55,725 nt of DNA from Nostoc sp. DedSLP01 (GCA_034530875.2 JAVRCJ020000042.1:1-55725); one strand, 5' to 3'. Counted from the stretch's first letter, positions 1 through 10,996 are shown. Notes: generated by a model from the letters alone, not told the origin. Program-made: numbers and translations.

Positions 1-230
1 TCATTTCCAGCGCCGCCGACATTATTTTCATTTCCAGCGCCGCCGACATTATTTTCATTTCCAGCGCCGCCGACATTGTTTTCATTTCCAGCGCCGACAT
101 TGTTTTCATTCCCAGCGCCACCTACCGTGTTTTGATTTCCAGCCCCACTGACATTATTTTCATTCCCAGCGCCACCTACCGTGTTTTGATTTCCAGCCCC
201 ACCTAAGGGGTTTTCATTTCCAGCACCATG
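1..230 (-). repeat. 27-bp coding tandem repeat, at least 9 units, encoding GGAGN(E/Q)N(N/T)V
   Basis: ccagc recurs at 7, 34, 61, 88, 112, 139, 166, 193 and 220 (27-nt period, one 24-nt unit). Confidence 0.95.
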
Positions 231-1202
231 TACGGAAGGTTCAGGTTGGGTTGTGGTTTTAGTGGAGTCAACACTCACATTATTATTCTGGGTACTTGTG
301 TTGTTATTAGTAGTTTGAGTACCCTGCTGAGTATTTGATAAGGCTTCCCCTGATTTGTTAGTGGAATTTGCTGTGGAATTATCTGTACTCGAATTTGCTG
401 AGGAACCATTTGTAACAGTATTATTTGTTGCTGAATCTGAAGGAGTAGGAGTTAACTGTAAGAAAGATGGGTTTTCAACTACTTTCTCACCTGTTACTGG
501 CGGCTGTGCTTTTAAAGCCGCTGTAGTTTCAGCTTGAACGCTGGCGATCGCTGGGTCACTCGGGGGTGTAACATTTTGATTATTTAAATCAAGTTCTCGA
601 ACTAAATCGCTAGTTTCATAAAAATTTCTCAGGTCAAAATCGTATAAACCCTCAAATCTACCTCTAACTACAACCATCAGCTGTCCTGCTTCCAGCATCC
701 GAGTTTGAGAACCGTCCTTATTAGAAACTTCAATGCCGCTATTTGTCAGTGCGCCCACAATCGTGGTATCTGTTTTTTGGTCGTAGCGTACAAATAATGC
801 TGAACCACGAATTGCTGCTGCTGCACTTGGCGTTTGTATACGTGTTTGCCCTCTTCCTGGTGGTATAAGCAGCAATGCTGTTCCATTTGAGAGTTTAAAG
901 CTGCGAGTCTTGGGTAAAAATTGAAATATAGCTTGTTCCCCAACTCTTGCCAAAGACCCATCGTTAAATCGCAAGTCTGCTAAAGAAGCTCGACCTGTTA
1001 ACAACCCATCTCCAGGGGTCATTGTATCCAATCTTTGTGCGGGACGCTTCTTGAGTTTGTTTTTGGGTATTAGTTGCACTAAGTTGCGGAGGTTCTGAAT
1101 CTCAGCTCGTGTGAGAGGAGTTAGTGCACTTACTCTATCTGGCAAAGGTAATGCTAGGATTCCCCATAAACCAATTACTAACAGCGGTAAGGATTTATTC
1201 AT
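1..1202 (-). CDS. FecR-domain protein with signal peptide, Ser/Thr/Asn-rich linker and C-terminal Gly/Asn nonapeptide repeats (3' end runs off the window)
   Basis: Not in the ORF track because there is no stop in the window. Translated by hand from ATG at 1202: MNKSLPLLVIGLWGILALPLPDRVSALTPLTRAEIQ...GDGLLTGRASLADLRFNDGSLARVGEQAIF...TPSAAAAIRGS, which is the FecR pattern. The same frame reads (GGAGNENNV)n at the window edge. Confidence 0.85.
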   Translation of the reverse strand, partial: MNKSLPLLVIGLWGILALPLPDRVSALTPLTRAEIQNLRNLVQLIPKNKLKKRPAQRLDTMTPGDGLLTGRASLADLRFNDGSLARVGEQAIFQFLPKTRSFKLSNGTALLLIPPGRGQTRIQTPSAAAAIRGSALFVRYDQKTDTTIVGALTNSGIEVSNKDGSQTRMLEAGQLMVVVRGRFEGLYDFDLRNFYETSDLVRELDLNNQNVTPPSDPAIASVQAETTAALKAQPPVTGEKVVENPSFLQLTPTPSDSATNNTVTNGSSANSSTDNSTANSTNKSGEALSNTQQGTQTTNNNTSTQNNNVSVDSTKTTTQPEPSVHGAGNENPLGGAGNQNTVGGAGNENNVSGAGNQNTVGGAGNENNVGAGNENNVGGAGNENNVGGAGNENNVGGAGN

Positions 1203-1848
1203 AATTTTGATTATTTGTACAGCCTAATACCAAAAAGCACTAAGCAGTTACCCTGGTGCTAATTGTTATAGCCAGTTTTTAATGTAAATTTATCTGCACC
1301 TAAGTCTACATTTAATAGATAAAATAAACAACTAATAAATATGTATTTACTTTATTTAAGTTTTGTTCTAAAGTCTATTCTTTACGCAATTAGGTCTAGA
1401 GCAGATTTAAAACTTAAGGCTCAATAACAATTGCTAAATGCTCTATGGTATGGAGAATATCTCTTGAGGCTTTGAATATTTAATTTCAGCCTTTTTCCTT
1501 TCATCTACATTAAAAGCCAGGAATAACAATCTGAAAGTTAGCTATGGAGTAGGCATGATTTATGGCTTTTCATAGGTAAAAGTTTTCGGTATACTTACAT
1601 TTTGTAATCTAACTATGTTTATTTACACCTATTGATTTAACAAAAGTTGAAAGAACTTTGTGTCAGAGCAGATAATTTTGGCAAAAAATTATAGGAATGA
1701 ATCCGAAAAATAACAATTTTAATTTGTATATCTCAGTATATACCTAAAAAGCTGAACTAGATAGACTCAATCGTATGTTTGTGAGTCAAAACTTATGATA
1801 CAGCTTCTCAGCCTACATTCGCCAAACACGCTCAACGCGATCTAACAG

Positions 1849-3087
1849 ATGCGACTCAAGAATTGGAAAAATTTGTTTTTTTGGATTTTGTTAGCTTCTA
1901 CTACTGGAAGCTGGTATTGCATCAGAGTAGATGCGGCAGAATCTCAAAATTATGATTTGGCATCAATGGGTTATGCTGACTCCTCGCCGGCTTCTTTACA
2001 AGAGGTTAACCGAACAGTACAGCCGTTAACTTTAGCACAACAAACGCCAGATATTAAACAAGCCCAACCAGCACGAACTCAAGAAACTGGCGATACTCCA
2101 GAACAAAGCGAAACGCCGCAGCTAGAATCCCAGCCAAGCAATTTGCCAACATCTCCTTCAGACTCAACAGAACAACTGTTAAATCTACCTGATATCAATC
2201 GTTTTCAACAGCTAGAGAGATTAATGAGGCTGTTACAACAGTCAAAACAGTCGTCTGAGTCTGATAACAATATCGAACTTGGTTTGCGGGTGCGGTTAAG
2301 ACCTCTAGAACAACAGCCACTTCCACCGCAACCTCCTGTGCGAGAATTTACACCCGTTGGCTATCTACGAGGTCGTGTGAGTTATTTCCACACGAGCAAC
2401 ATTTTTTCTTCAGAAAAAGATCCGATAGAAGATAGTTTGATCGTTTCTGGACTAACACTAGCCTCTGCATATTTTCCTATCGGATCTAAAACATATTTAA
2501 ACGGGTCAATTGATGGCAATATCATTCGTTATCTAGACCAATCGCAATACCATTACAACCAGCTGAGATTTAATTTCAGCCTTTACCAGCAACTATCGCA
2601 ACGAATGTATGGAGAACTCAGTTTCAGCAATCAGCAGTTATTTTATGCCAACAACAGCGATCGCCCCAATAGCTTCAAAGCAGGCGATCGCTTTTTGAAC
2701 GAAAATTCCCTGCAACTATCTTTCGGACGGCGCGATCCGTTAACCTCAAGATTAATGCTAGATAGCTTTTACGAACTGAGTGTCAATTTTGCCGATCCTC
2801 AAAGTCGCAGCCGGGTTGTTAATTCTTATTGGTTTTCTCTGAACTACTATTTACAAAAGCCTCTGCAAATTGGTATCGACTACCAGGGGAACTTCTCTGA
2901 CTTTACACAACGCGATCGAGAAGACCAATTTCATCGGCTATTTGGGCATTTAATTTACCGAATATCTGATTCTAGTAGCATGAATGTCCAGACTGGGTAT
3001 ACTTTTGGTAGTTCAACTGCTCAAAACATTGATTTTGACGGCTGGTTCTTCAGTATTAATTACAATTTGTTATTGGGTCGGTTTTGA
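1849..3087 (+). CDS. Exported protein, probable outer-membrane beta-barrel
   Basis: Signal-peptide-like N-terminus, Q/P-rich linker, C-terminal amphipathic strands rich in aromatic residues, terminal Phe (NYNLLLGRF). Confidence 0.7.
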   Translation: MRLKNWKNLFFWILLASTTGSWYCIRVDAAESQNYDLASMGYADSSPASLQEVNRTVQPLTLAQQTPDIKQAQPARTQETGDTPEQSETPQLESQPSNLPTSPSDSTEQLLNLPDINRFQQLERLMRLLQQSKQSSESDNNIELGLRVRLRPLEQQPLPPQPPVREFTPVGYLRGRVSYFHTSNIFSSEKDPIEDSLIVSGLTLASAYFPIGSKTYLNGSIDGNIIRYLDQSQYHYNQLRFNFSLYQQLSQRMYGELSFSNQQLFYANNSDRPNSFKAGDRFLNENSLQLSFGRRDPLTSRLMLDSFYELSVNFADPQSRSRVVNSYWFSLNYYLQKPLQIGIDYQGNFSDFTQRDREDQFHRLFGHLIYRISDSSSMNVQTGYTFGSSTAQNIDFDGWFFSINYNLLLGRF

Positions 3088-3168
3088 AATTAGTCATTAG
3101 TTATTAGTTATTGGTCATTGGTTATTCGTTGGGTTCCCAAGTTCGATCGTCTTTTCATCACTCAATGA

Positions 3169-3987
3169 CTAATAACTAATCCAATCACTCCAGCTACCAG
3201 CATAAAGTTTGCCCTTGGTAATGCCAGCTAATTCTAGAGAAAGTAAATTTACACAAGCAGTCACGCCAGAACCGCAATAAACTAAAATTTCTTCGGCTGT
3301 TTCTAGATTTTCCCAGCGACGGCGTTGTTCGCTTTCGGGAAGTAAGCAGCCGTTAGAATCTGTAACTTCTTGCCAAGGATAATTAACGGCGCCAGGAATA
3401 TGTCCAGCAATTTTATCAATTGGTTCTCGTTCGCCTCGGTAGCGATCGCTTTCTCTCGAATCTACTAATACTACACCTGGCGTATCTTTGCGGCTTTTGA
3501 CTGCTGTCATATCTACAACTTTTTCTGTTTGCACTTGAGGTACAAATGTCCCTATCCGTGGCTGAGGAATAACATTCGTAACGGGATATCCGGCTTTTTG
3601 CCAGCCGCTAAAACCTCCATCAAGTACTGCTACTTGTTCGTGTCCTAAATAGCGCAACAACCACCACAGACGAGATGCAAAAGCAAAGCGAGAATCATCA
3701 TAAGCGACAACTAGAGTTTTTTGATAATTAATCCCGATCGCTGTAAATTTCTTAGCGATATCATTAGGGTTAGGTAAAGGATGTCTTCCGCCATGCTTAC
3801 CCACCGGACTAGAAAGATCCTGGTTCAAATCTAAGTAATATGACCCTTTAATATGACTTGTTTGATACTGTTGTTGTCCTAATTGCGGTTCCGCCAGAGA
3901 AAAGCGACAGTCCACGATTGCTACTTGCGGATCTTCTAGATGTTCAAACAGCCAAGTTGGTGAAACAACGAATTGGGAATTGCGCAT
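3169..3987 (-). CDS. Sulfurtransferase (tandem rhodanese, SseA/3-MST-like)
   Basis: GRHPLP, LDGG, GHIPGA, CGSGVTAC and YAGSWSDW motifs. Confidence 0.93.
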   Translation of the reverse strand: MRNSQFVVSPTWLFEHLEDPQVAIVDCRFSLAEPQLGQQQYQTSHIKGSYYLDLNQDLSSPVGKHGGRHPLPNPNDIAKKFTAIGINYQKTLVVAYDDSRFAFASRLWWLLRYLGHEQVAVLDGGFSGWQKAGYPVTNVIPQPRIGTFVPQVQTEKVVDMTAVKSRKDTPGVVLVDSRESDRYRGEREPIDKIAGHIPGAVNYPWQEVTDSNGCLLPESEQRRRWENLETAEEILVYCGSGVTACVNLLSLELAGITKGKLYAGSWSDWISY

Positions 3988-4075
3988 AGAGTATGGAGAG
4001 ATGAGTAGGACAGGCGCAGAGGGGGCAGAGGGGGCAGAGGAAAACTAATGACTAATGACCAATGACTAATGACCA

Positions 4076-5071
4076 ATGACTAACTTAGAGAATTTTACAC
4101 CTCAGCTGACAGCAGATGGCTCTTTCACCTTTGTCTCCCAGGAGTTTGGTGAATCTTTTCACAGCCATTATGGTGCTAAACAAGAAAGTTTTTTCAAGTT
4201 TGTGGAACCAACTCAATTGGCTACAGCGGCGCAAAAACCTGTGTTGCGGTTGTTGGATGTTTGTTATGGTTTAGGATACAATACCGCTGCTGCTTTACAG
4301 ACAATTTGGGCAGTAAATCCTAGTTGTAAGGTTGAAGTCATCGGCTTAGAACTGAATCCAGCAGTACCACAAGCTGCGATCGCTCATCATTTGTTCGACG
4401 GTTGGAAGTGCGATCGCATTGAAATTTTGTCCCAGTTAGCTTTTGAGCATCAAGTGCAAACAGATTGTCTAGAAGCGAAACTCCTAATTGGCGATGCTAG
4501 AAAAACAATCGCGCTAGTACGTCAATGGAATTTCTCGGCAGATGCAATCTTCCTCGATCCGTTTTCACCACCACAGTGTCCTCAATTATGGACAGTTGAA
4601 TTTATTAAACAACTGTCATTGTGTTTAGAGCCAGATGGTTTATTAGCGACCTATTCTTGTGCTGCTGCTGTACGCACAGCAATGTTATCTGCTGGGTTAG
4701 CGATCGCTTCTACCCCACCTGTAGGCAGGCGATCGCCTGGTACCGTGGCAGTAATAAGAGGATGGGGAGCAGAAAAGCAGGGGAGCAGGGGAGGCAGAGG
4801 GACAGAGGGGGGAAAGATTTCTTCCCCATGCTCCCATACTTCCCACACCTCCCACACCTCCTGTTATCCTCTTTCCCAAGCTGAGGAAGAACACTTACTA
4901 ACTCGTGCTGCGATTCCCTACCGCGATCCTAAATTCAGCGATCCAAGTGAAGTTATAATCAAGCGTCGCCAACAAGAGCAAGAAAGTTCTTCTCTCGAAC
5001 CTACCTCCCACTGGCGAAAAAGGTGGCTATCTACAACACAAGGTAGGGATTTTATAGGAAGTAGTTTGTAG
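4076..5071 (+). CDS. MnmC-family (MnmD-like) SAM-dependent tRNA methyltransferase with an in-frame repeat-derived insertion
   Basis: TADGS, ESFHSHYGA, DVCYGLGYN, FLDPFSP..CPQLW and LATYSCA motifs. Confidence 0.88.
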   Translation: MTNLENFTPQLTADGSFTFVSQEFGESFHSHYGAKQESFFKFVEPTQLATAAQKPVLRLLDVCYGLGYNTAAALQTIWAVNPSCKVEVIGLELNPAVPQAAIAHHLFDGWKCDRIEILSQLAFEHQVQTDCLEAKLLIGDARKTIALVRQWNFSADAIFLDPFSPPQCPQLWTVEFIKQLSLCLEPDGLLATYSCAAAVRTAMLSAGLAIASTPPVGRRSPGTVAVIRGWGAEKQGSRGGRGTEGGKISSPCSHTSHTSHTSCYPLSQAEEEHLLTRAAIPYRDPKFSDPSEVIIKRRQQEQESSSLEPTSHWRKRWLSTTQGRDFIGSSL

Positions 5072-5617
5072 TTGGATAGCGATGTCTACAACGGGCTAAG
5101 TTTAAGCAATAGACTTCAGAAAAGTTGGACATCTTTCCAAAAATTGTAATTTCGTTTTTTAGTACTCAGACAATGAGGTTTTCGCAACAAAATAACTTAA
5201 ACTATAATAAGTAGCTAATATTACACTTAAGTTAACAGTATTTAACTATTGCTATAACTGAGTAAGTAAAAAGGTGTATACCTAATGAGAAGGATCGATA
5301 CTGCCAAATCAAAATCGGTTTTTTTTAGAAAAAACAGAATATTGTAAGCTTTTGTGGCGCTAATATATGGAAAAATCTCCGTGGAAAGCCTGATTTAACA
5401 TTTGTACGAATTTATGATACTGGAATTAGAAGCAAAAAATTTGACAACAATATACTCTTTACTTCGTAACATAAAAAATACATCGAGTGAAAAAACCACA
5501 TCAGCGGCTTAACATCATACATAATCCTTATGAAAAGCCTAAATCAAATACAGTCAAATACTAAATTTTTTTTGAAATCTGACACTGTTAACTTGTGCAA
5601 ATAATTGGAGCGCCTTT

Positions 5618-6856
5618 GTGATTCCGTGGAATTCCAACCATAGAGGCTTTACAAAAGAAATTATTAATGGGTCGAACCCCCTAAGCAAAGTGAAAAGTAT
5701 CGGTTCAAATCACACTATAGGTTCGCAAAATATAGAGGGTTATTCTTTAGGCTTATCTCAAGAAGACTTGATGCTTGAAGATACCCAGGCAGTGTCTTCT
5801 TTGATGAAAACTGATGTTAATTTTAATCAAGATTTATTGGCCTCTAAAACACTACAAGCCAAAGGTTCTAAAGTGAATGGGTTCGATCTAGATCCACCAA
5901 AGGTTTTAGTGGTTGATGACCATGCTGCAAGTCGCATGACTGCTGTTGCTCTCTTGGGGATGGAAGGATACGATGTGATTGAGGCAGACAGTGGTTCTAT
6001 TGTTGTGGGATTGGTAACCCAAAAACAACCAGATTTGATTTTACTGGATGTGATGATGCCTGGAATGGATGGATTTGAAGTCTGTCAATTGCTCAAACAG
6101 GACGAACAAACCAGGCTCATACCAGTAATTTTTATTACTGCATTAAATGACAGGCGATCGCGCATTCGGGGCATTGAAGTCGGCGGAGATGACTTTCTCA
6201 CCAAACCTTTCGATCGTGTGGAATTGGCGGCGCGTGTCAAGTCCTTAGTCCGGCAAAAGCGTCTTAACGAAGACTTAGACCACGCCGAACAAGTCTTGTT
6301 TTCCATTGCTATGTCCATTGAAAGTCGCGATCCAAATACAGGTGACCATTGCGAACGGCTGGTAAAACTAGGACAAGCATTTGGTGAATACCTCAATCTT
6401 TCGCGCTACCAAATTAGAGATTTAATGTGGGGCGGTTATCTCCACGATATCGGTAAAGTAGGCATTCCCGATGCGGTGCTGCTCAAAAAAGGCAAACTCA
6501 CCCCCGAAGACTGGCACATTATGCAGCAGCACGTTTTAATTGGGGAAAAAATCTGCAAGCCACTACGCAGTATGCGGGGTGTAATTCCCATTATTCGCCA
6601 TCATCACGAACGCTGGGATGGTTCCGGCTACCCGGATAAACTTAAAGGAGATGAAATCCCATATCTGGCGCAGATATTTCAGTTAATTGATATTTACGAT
6701 GCTCTAACCAGCGAACGGCCTTACAAGGCAGCTTTGACGCCGCAAGAAGCACTTTTGGAGATGCTAAAAGAAGCTAATTCTGGTTGGCGCAATCCTAAAC
6801 TTATGCAAAAGTTCGCTGACTTTATTTGCTCTTGTCAGCAAAACCAGAGTGAGTAA
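5618..6856 (+). CDS. Response regulator with HD-GYP (c-di-GMP phosphodiesterase) output domain
   Basis: REC domain (LVVDD, LLDVMMPGMDG, KPF) followed by HDIGK and HHERWDGSGYP; start codon uncertain. Confidence 0.92.
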   Translation: MIPWNSNHRGFTKEIINGSNPLSKVKSIGSNHTIGSQNIEGYSLGLSQEDLMLEDTQAVSSLMKTDVNFNQDLLASKTLQAKGSKVNGFDLDPPKVLVVDDHAASRMTAVALLGMEGYDVIEADSGSIVVGLVTQKQPDLILLDVMMPGMDGFEVCQLLKQDEQTRLIPVIFITALNDRRSRIRGIEVGGDDFLTKPFDRVELAARVKSLVRQKRLNEDLDHAEQVLFSIAMSIESRDPNTGDHCERLVKLGQAFGEYLNLSRYQIRDLMWGGYLHDIGKVGIPDAVLLKKGKLTPEDWHIMQQHVLIGEKICKPLRSMRGVIPIIRHHHERWDGSGYPDKLKGDEIPYLAQIFQLIDIYDALTSERPYKAALTPQEALLEMLKEANSGWRNPKLMQKFADFICSCQQNQSE

Positions 6857-7070
6857 GCAATAAGGATTTGTACTTACGCAATCGGCGTTAATTAATATTA
6901 ACGTACTTAGTATTATAATCTTAATTTTTTATCAGTTAACTTATTGTCACTCCTGAGTTCTAACTCCTTTGCTAATTTCAGTCTTCTATGATTAGCTGGT
7001 ATGATTTGAGCCTATGTCTTAAAGTACCAACAGCATTAATCGCAATTTTACTGATAGCTGATAGCTAATT

Positions 7071-8432
7071 ATGGTAGTTGTAGCAATTCTAGCAGCCGGA
7101 CGCGGCACACGGATGAAATCAAGTTTACCCAAGGTGCTACATTCTTTGGGTGGGCGATCGCTATTAGAGAGAGTTCTCAAAAGTGTAGAACCTCTTTCTC
7201 CCTCACGGCAAATTGCGATCGTCGGGTATCAGGCTGAGGAAGTGAAAGCTGCCATGCAATCAATTCCCAACTTGGAGTTTGTCGAACAAACTCTGCAATT
7301 AGGGACAGGTCACGCCATCCAGCAATTACTTCCTTACTTAGAAGATTACACTGGGGATTTACTGGTACTCAACGGCGATTTACCGTTGATACGTAGTGAA
7401 ACCCTTGAGCAGATGTTACAAACTCACACTCAAAATCAGAACGCTGCTACTATTCTCACTGCACGCCTAACTGACCCCACAGGCTACGGACGCGTTTTTT
7501 GTAGCGAGCGCAATATCGTCCAGCAAATGGTCGAACACAAGGATTGTAGTCCCGAGCAAAGACAAAATAACCGGATTAACGCTGGAGTTTATTGCTTTCG
7601 CTGGCCAGATTTGGCTCGCGTACTTCCGCACCTCCAGGCAAATAATGCCCAAAAAGAATACTATCTTACTGATGCGGTGACTCAGGTCGGACAAGTGATG
7701 GCAGTGGATGTAGAAGATCCTCAAGAAATTCTCGGCATCAACGATCGCTTGCAATTAGCAGTTGCCTATGAAGTTTTGCAAAAGCGCATCAAGGAAAAAT
7801 GGATGCTTGCAGGCGTCACCCTCGTTGACCCCACAAGTATCACCATTGACGAAACAGTTGAGTTACAGCCGGATGTAATTATTGAACCCCAAACTCATCT
7901 GCGGGGAAATACAGCGATCGAAACAGGAAGTCACATCGGCCCTGGGAGTTTAATTGAAAATAGCCATTTAGCCGAAAATGTGAAAGTACAGTATTCAGTG
8001 GTAATAAATAGTACTGTGCAAACAGGCAGCCGAATTGGCCCTTATACCCATTTACGGGGTCAGGTACAAGTGGGTGCAGGTTGTCGTGTGGGAAATTTTG
8101 TGGAATTGAAAAATACGGAATTAGGCGATCGCACGAATGCAGCGCATTTGTCATACATAGGCGATACCGTTGTCGGCAATCACGTAAATATTGGTGCTGG
8201 TACAATTACTGCCAACTATGATGGCGTTAAGAAACATCGAACTAAAATAGGCGATCGCACTAAAACTGGTGCTAACAGCGTTCTAGTAGCCCCAGTAACC
8301 TTAGGTGATGACGTCTATATAGCTGCTGGTTCCACAATTACAGAAGATGTTCCTGATGATGCCCTAGCGATCGCTCGTAGCCGCCAGGTAGTCAAGCTAG
8401 GTTGGCGGAAGAAGGCTAGCTTGAAAGAGTAG
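7071..8432 (+). CDS. glmU: Bifunctional UDP-GlcNAc pyrophosphorylase/glucosamine-1-phosphate N-acetyltransferase
   Basis: [29 protein letters not shown], hexapeptide repeats, NYDG. Confidence 0.98.
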   Translation: MVVVAILAAGRGTRMKSSLPKVLHSLGGRSLLERVLKSVEPLSPSRQIAIVGYQAEEVKAAMQSIPNLEFVEQTLQLGTGHAIQQLLPYLEDYTGDLLVLNGDLPLIRSETLEQMLQTHTQNQNAATILTARLTDPTGYGRVFCSERNIVQQMVEHKDCSPEQRQNNRINAGVYCFRWPDLARVLPHLQANNAQKEYYLTDAVTQVGQVMAVDVEDPQEILGINDRLQLAVAYEVLQKRIKEKWMLAGVTLVDPTSITIDETVELQPDVIIEPQTHLRGNTAIETGSHIGPGSLIENSHLAENVKVQYSVVINSTVQTGSRIGPYTHLRGQVQVGAGCRVGNFVELKNTELGDRTNAAHLSYIGDTVVGNHVNIGAGTITANYDGVKKHRTKIGDRTKTGANSVLVAPVTLGDDVYIAAGSTITEDVPDDALAIARSRQVVKLGWRKKASLKE

Positions 8433-8560
8433 GGAGTGGGGAGTGAGGAGTGTGGGGAGTGTGGGGAGTGTGGGGAGTGTGGGGAGTGTGGGGGGAAATA
8501 GAATTTATGCTTCTCTGTCCTCCCATACCTCCCCATGCCCCATACCCTATGCCCCTATAA
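8430..8560. repeat. STRR-type short tandem repeats (GGGAGTG/GTGGGGAGT and CCCCATG/CCCTATG units) between convergent genes
   Basis: Directly visible. Similar tracts at about 3089-3127, 4012-4082, 10790-10945, 15407-15548, 18526-18556, 22226-22345, 24970-25115 and 26230-26320. Confidence 0.9.
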
Positions 8561-8567
8561 GCTAATC

Positions 8568-10700
8568 CTACTTATCAACTGTTGGAAAATTCACAACTAT
8601 GGGCGGAAGACCGTTGTCCGGGGTTGTTTGTGTTTGGGTTATTGGTTGTGGGTGCAAAGGCGTTGGTGTGAGTTCGCCTGGTTTAGCAGTTTGATTCCAT
8701 AAAATCAACGATAGTAGACCATCTACTAAGCCGTTGTTATTGCCATTACTGCCAACTAAAACATCTGGAATCAAACGGACATGGCGATCGCCGATAATCT
8801 GCATTAGTTGCATTGCTGTATAACCTTGCGAACCCAAGGCTTCCACACCAGTGCGGTAGGTTTCAGCTTTGGCGTTACCTGTGGCGCGGATACCTTCCGC
8901 CTCCGCAATTGCCCGGAGTTTTATACCCTCGGCTTCACCTGTAGCTTGCTTAATTTGGGCTTTGGCTTTTAAATCCGCGATATGTACGCTCTGTTCGGAT
9001 TTGACCATTTCTTGTTGAATATCAGCCAGCGCTGTTTCCCGCACAAGTTGCTGGCGTTGAGTTTGCGCCAGTTGCTGGACTTCATAAGTCTTGCGTTCCT
9101 CTTCGGCAATTTTTCGGTCTGTTTGTGTCTGCATTAACGACGCTGGTGGCTGAATATCACCAATCAAGGTATCGATCGCTTGCACGTCATAAGCCCGTAG
9201 AGCTGTTTTAATATACTCAGCAGCCTCAGCTTGTCGCTCGCTGCGAGCCGTCAAAAAGTCTAATACTGTATAGTCTTGGGCTGAGTTACGGAAATAATTA
9301 CCGATAGTTGGTTCTAATACATGGTCTACAAGATTTTGCATTGCGCCAACACGAGAAATTACCTTCGGCGCATCTAAAGCACCCACATGGATGATTTGCG
9401 CTACTTCCAAATCAAAAGCAAATCCATCGCGCGATCGTACAGTTAAGGAAGCCAGTTTAGCATCATAGCTGTGACGTTCGGTACGACCCGACCAGTTTAA
9501 AACAATGTTGGTCGTTGGCACCAGTTCAATTTTCATAATCCGAGAATTAATCGGGTGCTTCCCTGGATACAGCGGTTCCACCCATACACCCTTGTGTCCT
9601 TGATTCACCAAGTTGCCATGAGTGAAGGCTGCACCGCTGACATCTTGATGTGCCTTACCCACGAAAGAAATTACCACACCCACGTAACCAATGGGAATTT
9701 CTGTCATTGGCACTTGTTCAACTTGGACAAACCAGGGATTTAAATTCCAAGAACCAGAAAGCAGAATTTGTTCTTGTAAGCCTCGTCGTCCACCGCCATC
9801 AATAAATTTCTGACCATTTTGGAAATTGTCGTGTCCGTCAATTATCGGCCCTGCCAGTTCACCAGCTGAAATTGGTACACCATCTAAAGTGGTAACGATG
9901 CCTACTTTGTCAGATGCCAAGCTGTACACCCGTAACTGTTCTGGAGTCATGCCATGAGACGTAGCATTTGATGCCACAATTACTTTAAACAGAGCAGTGT
10001 TAATACGGTAAGTTCCAGCAGTCAGAAAACCCATTTGCCGACCTTTTTCCCCACCTTGGGTAAGGAACTTCCGGGCATCTTGGTAATTGTCACAATCGAC
10101 AATTTTACCCAGAATGCGCTGTGGTGGGTTGGGTTCGCCATCTGCGGCTACAATTAAAGCGATTTCACCCTGGGGAACAACAACCACTGATTCTTTGCGA
10201 ACCGAGTATTGCCAAGGCCAATAGCCCCAATGCCAGCCAGGAGCCAAAGTATCTGCCTGTAAACCAGCCTCACCATTGAGAGCAATTAACCTTCCTGCGG
10301 GTAGTCCGCGTCCAGAAAGAGTAAACTTTCTGACAACAATGCCAACTTCTCGTTCGCCAATTACCACCAGTCCGCCAAAAAACAGCGGTACAAATATAAC
10401 TAAACCCCCGAAAACCAGGATAGGAACCAGAACAAAAGCATCAGCCCCAGCAGTTTGATAGCGAATCTGATTAGTTTGTAGCTGGGCAATACTTGCTTTA
10501 GCTGGACTCAGCCCAACTGATGCGGGAGTGATTTCTTTTCCAGTAGTGATTTTTATGGGTGTAGCACTGGCATAATTAATACTGCTTGCGTTTGTCAATG
10601 ACATTGGCGCAGCCATCGCCAGCGCTGCTACAACAGATGCTGCAAAACGACCTATTTTATTTTGTTTGCGCTTACCAAGGCAAGATGGAAAACTTTTCAT
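8568..10700 (-). CDS. SPFH/Band 7 (flotillin-like) membrane protein
   Basis: One TM segment, repeated L.PG.H/Y.IN motifs, RSRDGF..DLEVAQ, coiled-coil AEAE tail; ATG at 10700 preferred over the track start at 10721. Confidence 0.88.
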   Translation of the reverse strand: MKSFPSCLGKRKQNKIGRFAASVVAALAMAAPMSLTNASSINYASATPIKITTGKEITPASVGLSPAKASIAQLQTNQIRYQTAGADAFVLVPILVFGGLVIFVPLFFGGLVVIGEREVGIVVRKFTLSGRGLPAGRLIALNGEAGLQADTLAPGWHWGYWPWQYSVRKESVVVVPQGEIALIVAADGEPNPPQRILGKIVDCDNYQDARKFLTQGGEKGRQMGFLTAGTYRINTALFKVIVASNATSHGMTPEQLRVYSLASDKVGIVTTLDGVPISAGELAGPIIDGHDNFQNGQKFIDGGGRRGLQEQILLSGSWNLNPWFVQVEQVPMTEIPIGYVGVVISFVGKAHQDVSGAAFTHGNLVNQGHKGVWVEPLYPGKHPINSRIMKIELVPTTNIVLNWSGRTERHSYDAKLASLTVRSRDGFAFDLEVAQIIHVGALDAPKVISRVGAMQNLVDHVLEPTIGNYFRNSAQDYTVLDFLTARSERQAEAAEYIKTALRAYDVQAIDTLIGDIQPPASLMQTQTDRKIAEEERKTYEVQQLAQTQRQQLVRETALADIQQEMVKSEQSVHIADLKAKAQIKQATGEAEGIKLRAIAEAEGIRATGNAKAETYRTGVEALGSQGYTAMQLMQIIGDRHVRLIPDVLVGSNGNNNGLVDGLLSLILWNQTAKPGELTPTPLHPQPITQTQTTPDNGLPPIVVNFPTVDK

Positions 10701-10996
10701 AATTTTTGCCCACTTGGGCAACTAATTAGCTAAGTTAACACTTCACTAAGGTAGACCTCGATTTCTTAAACATGCCTTCAGGAGTTCAAACTGGGGAGTG
10801 GGGAATGGGGAGTGAGGGAGATGGGCAGAGTTAGAATCTCAACGTTCGACCTCGGAACTCGGAACTTCGACCTTAAATACTCAAAATCTCCAATCCCTAG
10901 TCCCCAGTCCCCATTCCCTACTCCCCACTCCCCACTCCCCATTTCCTGTTAAAAATAACTAGGATCGAATAGCGAGGTTAACTGTAAATCTAAATT

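Noticed and set aside
355..961. Track ORFs 355-537 (+) and 746-961 (-)
   Set aside because: Antisense or out-of-frame shadows of the FecR gene (1202 to <1).
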